From an uncultured archaeon (GTDB lineage Archaea > Asgardarchaeota > Lokiarchaeia > Sigyniarchaeales > Promethearchaeaceae): a stretch of 32,000 bases of DNA. How positions within the stretch are numbered: position 1 is the first letter of the stretch; each line of letters starts with the position of its first letter. Positions 27,191-32,000 of this stretch are shown here, one piece after another. The position numbers were made by a program, and so were the translations under genes. Under the pieces are notes generated by a model that saw nothing but the letters and a program-made list of their open reading frames with translations, was not told the DNA's origin and ran no database searches. The stretch spans positions 45,867 to 77,866 of the forward strand of contig CAYRPF010000005.1 in NCBI GenBank assembly GCA_964426185.1. The letters are read 5' to 3'.

Positions 27191-27314
27191 TTTTCCGAAA
27201 CCTTTCATTTTCTTATAGATTTGTTCCTTAAAATTATAGATATATTTTAAAAAGTGTGGTATTAACCGTTGAAAATGAAGAAAAATCCCTCTATTTAGAG
27301 GTTAAATACCGTAA

Positions 27315-28928
27315 TTATTGAAATACTTTACTGAAATCGATTAAACAACTATTCGGATTTTCGGTAAATTTTTCATAAGATACCATGAATTTCCGAAATG
27401 ATGGTATTGCTCCCAAGATAGATGCTCCACGATAAGAAGCATATATTCGATTTGGTGGAAGAATAACATTTACGATTAGATCATCCTTGTGTTTTTTCTC
27501 AAATTCTTCGTCGAGTTGAACCAGCTCTTCTAACTCTTCACTATCATACTCGGATTCAATTTCATCGCTAATTTTCGCTAATTCTTTTTCATCCCCAGCA
27601 ACTTGTTTAATTAAACGTTTTTCCTTTCTATCCAATTTATCTTCGATAATGATAGACTCTAATTTAGCACCGCAGTGATTGCAAAATGGAGATTCTCCAT
27701 CCAATGTCCCGCCACATTCCGGACATTTGATGGGATACTGTTGTTTGGCTGCTCCAATAATATCAATTTGTTGCACAAACACATTTCTTAAATCTGCCCC
27801 ACAGAACGGGCAAAATTCGCTCTCTTCAAAATTAATAACTTCTCCACATTTGGGACAGTTTCCTTCTTTAGTCTGTCTTCTTCCATCAAGTTGGACCATT
27901 TTATGGGAATCTTCTTGGAACGGAATTTCTTCTGGTTGAGGCTCTTCTTCTGGTTTTTCCTTTGGAATTCTCGCTTTTAATTCATCGAGGGATAAATTTA
28001 GTTCTTGAATAAGTCGTTCTTTAAACCCGGAAATTAAAGATGTTCCCCCCGTTAATACTATATTCTGCAATAATGGCTTAATATAATAGGGATTTATCAG
28101 TGTCAACGAATTAATTATCGCTTGGGCAATATTTTCCGCTTGGGGAAGAATTAGTTGAGGATTAAATAACACTTCGGCAGCATTGATGATTATATATTCG
28201 CTGATATGAAGTTTTTCTCCATCGGGTAGAAGATAATCAACTGCATTAACTGTATCTTGGCCTGCATGAACCGGATCCAAGCTAATCTTTAGACATTTTT
28301 CTTTAATATCCTTCAGAATTTCACGTTTTTGAAATATACCATATTGAGTGAGAAGTTGATTGAGGTATTCTTCGATATCTGCTCCAGCGATATTTAAACG
28401 ACGAATGCTGGGATTGTATAATTGAGCTTCCATTACGGGAGTGATTGAAGTAATTCCAGTACCTACTTCCACTGATAAAGCCGTGGTTAAGCCAATTGAA
28501 AAAACCGCGGTAGTCGCAGAATCTATTACGGCTACCTTTTGAAAACGATGGGTTTCAAATAGCACACGAGCAAAATATTCTGCGATATCAGGTGGTGTAA
28601 GCGGAGGGACGATATAAATCACATTATACTGAGATGGATCAGTTATTCGGAGAATATTATAGAATATATGGTTCAAAATGGCGTAGTAATGGTCCCAATT
28701 GGTGACAGTGCCTCGGTGGATGGGATATTCCAATTTTAAAACTCCCCGCATCCGAGTAGTATCATCTCCCACATAGATCTCCTGTGCTTGAGTTCCTGCC
28801 ATCTGCCGGTATTTGGGGATCCCTACTACTGTTGGAAAGACCGCCCTCGGTTTATCTTCCCCTACAAAACCCACTTTAGTATACCCTTCACCAATGTCAA
28901 GAATAATAGTATATTCGTTGTAGCTCAT
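27315..28928 (-). CDS. Actin-related protein with inserted double zinc ribbons
   Basis: Colinear with actin: ILDIGEGYTKVGFVGEDKPRAVFPTVVG, YVGD, LEYPIHRGTVTNWD, YLLPDG, EVLFNP, NIVLTGGTS, PPNRIYASYRGASILG. The insertion contains CPKCG/CPFCG and CPECG/CNHCG. Confidence 0.93.
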   Translation of the reverse strand: MSYNEYTIILDIGEGYTKVGFVGEDKPRAVFPTVVGIPKYRQMAGTQAQEIYVGDDTTRMRGVLKLEYPIHRGTVTNWDHYYAILNHIFYNILRITDPSQYNVIYIVPPLTPPDIAEYFARVLFETHRFQKVAVIDSATTAVFSIGLTTALSVEVGTGITSITPVMEAQLYNPSIRRLNIAGADIEEYLNQLLTQYGIFQKREILKDIKEKCLKISLDPVHAGQDTVNAVDYLLPDGEKLHISEYIIINAAEVLFNPQLILPQAENIAQAIINSLTLINPYYIKPLLQNIVLTGGTSLISGFKERLIQELNLSLDELKARIPKEKPEEEPQPEEIPFQEDSHKMVQLDGRRQTKEGNCPKCGEVINFEESEFCPFCGADLRNVFVQQIDIIGAAKQQYPIKCPECGGTLDGESPFCNHCGAKLESIIIEDKLDRKEKRLIKQVAGDEKELAKISDEIESEYDSEELEELVQLDEEFEKKHKDDLIVNVILPPNRIYASYRGASILGAIPSFRKFMVSYEKFTENPNSCLIDFSKVFQ

Positions 28929-29018
28929 GATGTCCCCTTCCGAGAATAAACAGCCTACAATATTATTGGATGAATTTTATATTAATTCTTTTGCAAATAA
29001 TATAGAGGTAATGAAATT

Positions 29019-29459
29019 TCAACCTTTATCTTTTGGTGGTAGTTCTGCTATAAAAGTAGATTTGGCGATTTTTTCATTTTCTTTTTCTAAAAAATTTTCC
29101 ACATCTTTTTTAACTAATTGATATAAATCCAGCAAATTTTGCCCCCATTGAGTTAATTCCACCTTTCCTCCGCCGCCAGAACCACCTTTAGAAGAAATAG
29201 CCACCTTTTTCCCGGTTTTTTTGGAAATCTTCCTCAATTTTTCCCAGCCGTACTTGTAGGAATAGTTTAACTTTTTAACCGCATCGGTAAGATTGTGGGT
29301 TTCGGCTAATGCTTCTAAAAGTTTGAAATCTCCTTTACCAAGTGTTAAATCCCCAGGACCTTTTATCCAAAATTTGGTTTGAAGCGAAAAAGGAACTAAA
29401 TCTGCGAGAATCACGCGATGTTTCTTTTTTGAGTGTTTGTGGGTGGGTATTTCATCCAT
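29019..29459 (-). CDS. ModE-family winged-helix transcriptional regulator (no TOBE domains)
   Basis: LGKGDFKLLEAL...NLTDAVKKLNYSYKYGW...KGGSGGGGKVELT. Start revised to ATG 29459 (or 29468) to avoid a 200-nt overlap with the upstream gene. Confidence 0.85.
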   Translation of the reverse strand: MDEIPTHKHSKKKHRVILADLVPFSLQTKFWIKGPGDLTLGKGDFKLLEALAETHNLTDAVKKLNYSYKYGWEKLRKISKKTGKKVAISSKGGSGGGGKVELTQWGQNLLDLYQLVKKDVENFLEKENEKIAKSTFIAELPPKDKG

Positions 29460-29481
29460 GATTAACATGAGACGGGAGAGA

Positions 29482-30252
29482 TTAAAAATCTTCATTTTTG
29501 GTCGGTGCTGTGGGAGCTGTAGGTAGCAATATTTCAGATAGCATTTTTTGATTTGGGCGAATAAATTTTTTTCCAAATCCCGAAATAGCGGTAATTTCAT
29601 CAGGTGAATTAATAATTGCATCAAAAACAGCCGCAGGCGAATCAAATTTTTCCAGTAACTTAATGGCTTTCTTTTTACCACAATTTAGTAAACCTTTGAT
29701 TAAGTAAATTTGGGCATCAGCTAAAAAAACCCTTTTCTCCGAAATTCGGGATAATTTGGGAGGTAAATCACTTATTTGTTCTCGATGAGCAATTCGTAAC
29801 AAAATTTCAATAGAATCTGCTGTATTCCGTCCGGGAATGAAAATAGGCATGGCGGTATGTTTGGATTTGGAATGCGCTGTGGATATATCTAAAGGGGTAA
29901 AAAATAGGTTGGTGATCAAGAGTTGCCATTTTTTACGGTTGGATTCCCCCCAACGATGAAATCCCTCGGCGATTATAATTCCATAGGGATATTTTTCTAT
30001 AAAATTACGGATATCCGTTATTAACGCTTCTATAGAATTTGATCGTAAATCTTGGCTGTGTAAGTGGTAGGCGGCCCCTTGAGATGGAATAATAAACCAA
30101 TGCTTAGGATACTGGAAGTATAAAATTTCTACTCCAAGATCGATTAGTTGTTGAACTAATTTCATCTGCGGTTTAGATTGATCTTGATTACATTGAATAT
30201 GATACTTGGAATAATCGATATTTGTTGAAGAGTGATGAGAAATATCCGGCAT
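29482..30252 (-). CDS. Catalytically inactive ERCC4-fold + (HhH)2 protein (ERCC1/Eme1-like)
   Basis: Aligns along its length with the adjacent nuclease but lacks GD and ERKxxxD. HhH motifs GLLNCGKKKA and ISGFGKK. ATG 30252 is preferred over 30315. Confidence 0.75.
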   Translation of the reverse strand: MPDISHHSSTNIDYSKYHIQCNQDQSKPQMKLVQQLIDLGVEILYFQYPKHWFIIPSQGAAYHLHSQDLRSNSIEALITDIRNFIEKYPYGIIIAEGFHRWGESNRKKWQLLITNLFFTPLDISTAHSKSKHTAMPIFIPGRNTADSIEILLRIAHREQISDLPPKLSRISEKRVFLADAQIYLIKGLLNCGKKKAIKLLEKFDSPAAVFDAIINSPDEITAISGFGKKFIRPNQKMLSEILLPTAPTAPTKNEDF

Positions 30253-30348
30253 ATTTCGCTTTGAACCCCTTATATTACTTAAGCTTTTAGGGAATAATAA
30301 ATTCCCTCCTCTCATTATATTTTTAATTTTTTGGGAAGCATATCAACC
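30253..30348. promoter_or_regulatory. Short divergent (bidirectional) promoter region
   Basis: 96-nt gap between head-to-head ATGs, with TATA-like TTATATTT (~30315-30322, +) and TAATATAA (~30270-30277, -). Confidence 0.45.
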
Positions 30349-31134
30349 ATGGCAATCCAAATAATTATGGATGAACGGGAACGAGGAGAAATTCGGCAAC
30401 AGATGAAATCTCTACCTGTGGATCTCAAGATTCATACTTTGGATGTTGGAGATTATATTCTCTCTCCCAGAACTGTGGTCGAACGTAAGCGGGGTGATGA
30501 TTTTGTAGCAAGCATTTTTGACCAACGGCTCTTTTTACAGCTGGAAAAGTTGAAAATTTCTTATCCTCACCCCATACTCATTCTAGAGAATCCCAAACGT
30601 ATGTTTGAGCGGAAATTTATAAACACTAAGGCAACATTCGGCGCATTGGTCTATGTTAGCACGCGTTTGGGAATTCCTATCATTCCTACATCTGGAATTG
30701 AACAGACGGCTTCAATTTTATTTGAAATCGCTCGCAGTGAGCAAGAACAACTTCACGAACAAAAACAACAAGCTCAAGAGCAAAAACAAACTCAGCAATA
30801 TGAACAAAATCAAAATGAAGATTGGATTCATCAGACCGCTGCCACTGTGGGAATTTCACGGGGTGATCAAACGTATTTTCTGCAAGGGTTAATCGATGTA
30901 GGCAGCCAACGCGCAGAGCAGCTGTTGGATATGTTTCAAACCCCTGCTAATATTCTATATGCTTTTGATTTAACTGATATAGTTCGCACCAAATTTGGAA
31001 ATCCAAAAGGAATAAGCGGTGTCCTAGCCGAAGTTTCAGGCATAGGGCCTAAAATTGTCGATAGAAATCAAAACTTACTGCATTTTTCATATAAACAAGC
31101 AAAAAAAGAGAAGAAAAGGGTGAAAGTGAATTAG
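30349..31134 (+). CDS. ERCC4-domain structure-specific endonuclease (XPF/Mus81/Hef nuclease type) with (HhH)2
   Basis: IIMDERE, LDVGDYIL and VVERKRGDDFVASIFDQRLF form an intact GD...ERKxxxD site. HhH motifs GLIDVG and VSGIGPK. ATG 30349 is preferred over TTG 30331. Confidence 0.92.
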   Translation: MAIQIIMDERERGEIRQQMKSLPVDLKIHTLDVGDYILSPRTVVERKRGDDFVASIFDQRLFLQLEKLKISYPHPILILENPKRMFERKFINTKATFGALVYVSTRLGIPIIPTSGIEQTASILFEIARSEQEQLHEQKQQAQEQKQTQQYEQNQNEDWIHQTAATVGISRGDQTYFLQGLIDVGSQRAEQLLDMFQTPANILYAFDLTDIVRTKFGNPKGISGVLAEVSGIGPKIVDRNQNLLHFSYKQAKKEKKRVKVN

Positions 31135-31797
31135 ATGAAATTTTCGCTGGCAAAAATCAAGCGGATTGGGACACCCATCATTGCTCTATTCATCTTTCTT
31201 TCCCTAAGTTTTGTCTTTAACGGTGAAATTCCTTGGTTTTCTGCTCCATTCTCCCCAAAACTCCTTGAAAAATTGACTGAAAATATAATTTTAATCTTGT
31301 TTATTGGTTCGGGATTTTTTGTTCTCCTTACCGCAGAATGTTTTAATTATCTCAATTTTAAGCATACTTGGGTAAATACCTCTCAAAGTTCATTTGTGAC
31401 TGCCTTAAACAAAAAAGATTGGTTTGGGCTACTAGTGCAGTTTCCATTGATCATACTCATTGAAGAAATCGTGTTTCGAGGCATTATTCTGCTGATTTTT
31501 TCGCTGTGTCTGAAGGGATTTTTGAAAGGATTTTTGAACGAATTTTTAATTATTTTAGCTTCAAGTTTAATTTTTTGTCTTTATCACCTACATGTCTATC
31601 TATCAACTGATGATTGGAAAATTACTGGGTTTTACATGGGGTTTAGTTTGATTATAGGGATAATTCTGGCTCTATTCTTTTCATACGTAGGAATTATAGG
31701 CGTTTGGATATATCATGTTATTGTCGTGGCTGGAATTTACTGGCAGTGGAAAAATTATGAAAACAAGACCCAAAAAACCTTTTCCGTTAATTTGTAG
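31135..31797 (+). CDS. CPBP (Abi/CAAX type II) intramembrane metalloprotease
   Basis: Motifs EEIVFRG, FCLYH and C-terminal H (WIYH); multiple TM helices; abuts the nuclease stop. Confidence 0.85.
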   Translation: MKFSLAKIKRIGTPIIALFIFLSLSFVFNGEIPWFSAPFSPKLLEKLTENIILILFIGSGFFVLLTAECFNYLNFKHTWVNTSQSSFVTALNKKDWFGLLVQFPLIILIEEIVFRGIILLIFSLCLKGFLKGFLNEFLIILASSLIFCLYHLHVYLSTDDWKITGFYMGFSLIIGIILALFFSYVGIIGVWIYHVIVVAGIYWQWKNYENKTQKTFSVNL

Positions 31798-32000
31798 TAA
31801 TATTGAGTGATTTGTAATACAATCAAGCACCAATAGGTTGAGAGTTGCTTGATATTACAGTAAAATGCTTGGATGGGTTGAATTATGGGATACTATCATG
31901 TCTACAATTCAATAAAATGCAATTTTGGGGACAAAAATAATAAAAAAATAAAAATAGAATTCTAATTTCCTACTTCACTTAATATCTGGGGAATTAATTG

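Noticed and set aside
29460-29681. N-terminal extension of the ModE-like ORF
   Set aside because: It overlaps the ERCC1-like CDS in another frame and has no domain similarity or frameshift signal.
31510-31547. Three imperfect 12-nt repeats (LKGF LKGF LNEF) in the CPBP gene
   Set aside because: In-frame micro-duplication in a loop; too short to imply a system.
31798-32000. Terminal 200 nt
   Set aside because: No convincing ORF, RNA gene or repeat recognised; probably intergenic.

Overview
AT-rich, gene-dense archaeal chromosomal region, most consistent with an Asgard archaeon of the Lokiarchaeia. The taxonomy is inferred from an actin-family gene, a tailed archaeal histone, an ASH-Ski2/DUF5814 helicase, GGTGA/GTGA ribosome-binding sites and a TPR-longin/DENN-like protein. 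I found no rRNA, tRNA, CRISPR array or transposase. Housekeeping genes include pdaD, GDPD, a DAG kinase, uppP, EamA, a LolD/FtsX-type ABC pair, ClC, folD, a ModE-like regulator and a CPBP protease. The most notable observations are: (1) a head-to-head pair of an active ERCC4 (XPF/Mus81) nuclease and a catalytically dead ERCC4-(HhH)2 paralogue, a candidate XPF-ERCC1-like heterodimer; (2) a HesB/IscA-fold gene missed by the ORF track, with an in-frame UGA at the conserved Cys position and a SECIS-like hairpin directly downstream (candidate selenoprotein); (3) an actin-related protein with a ~160-aa double-zinc-ribbon/acidic insertion and degenerate ATPase residues; (4) a histone with a 24-aa Lys-rich N-terminal tail; (5) a divergent RtcB-like ligase facing an HD hydrolase; (6) an SSUH2-like Zn-finger protein; (7) a polytopic membrane/HEAT-repeat giant protein; (8) two unannotated small ORFs and two unexplained repeats. 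All family assignments were made by eye from motifs; no searches were run.
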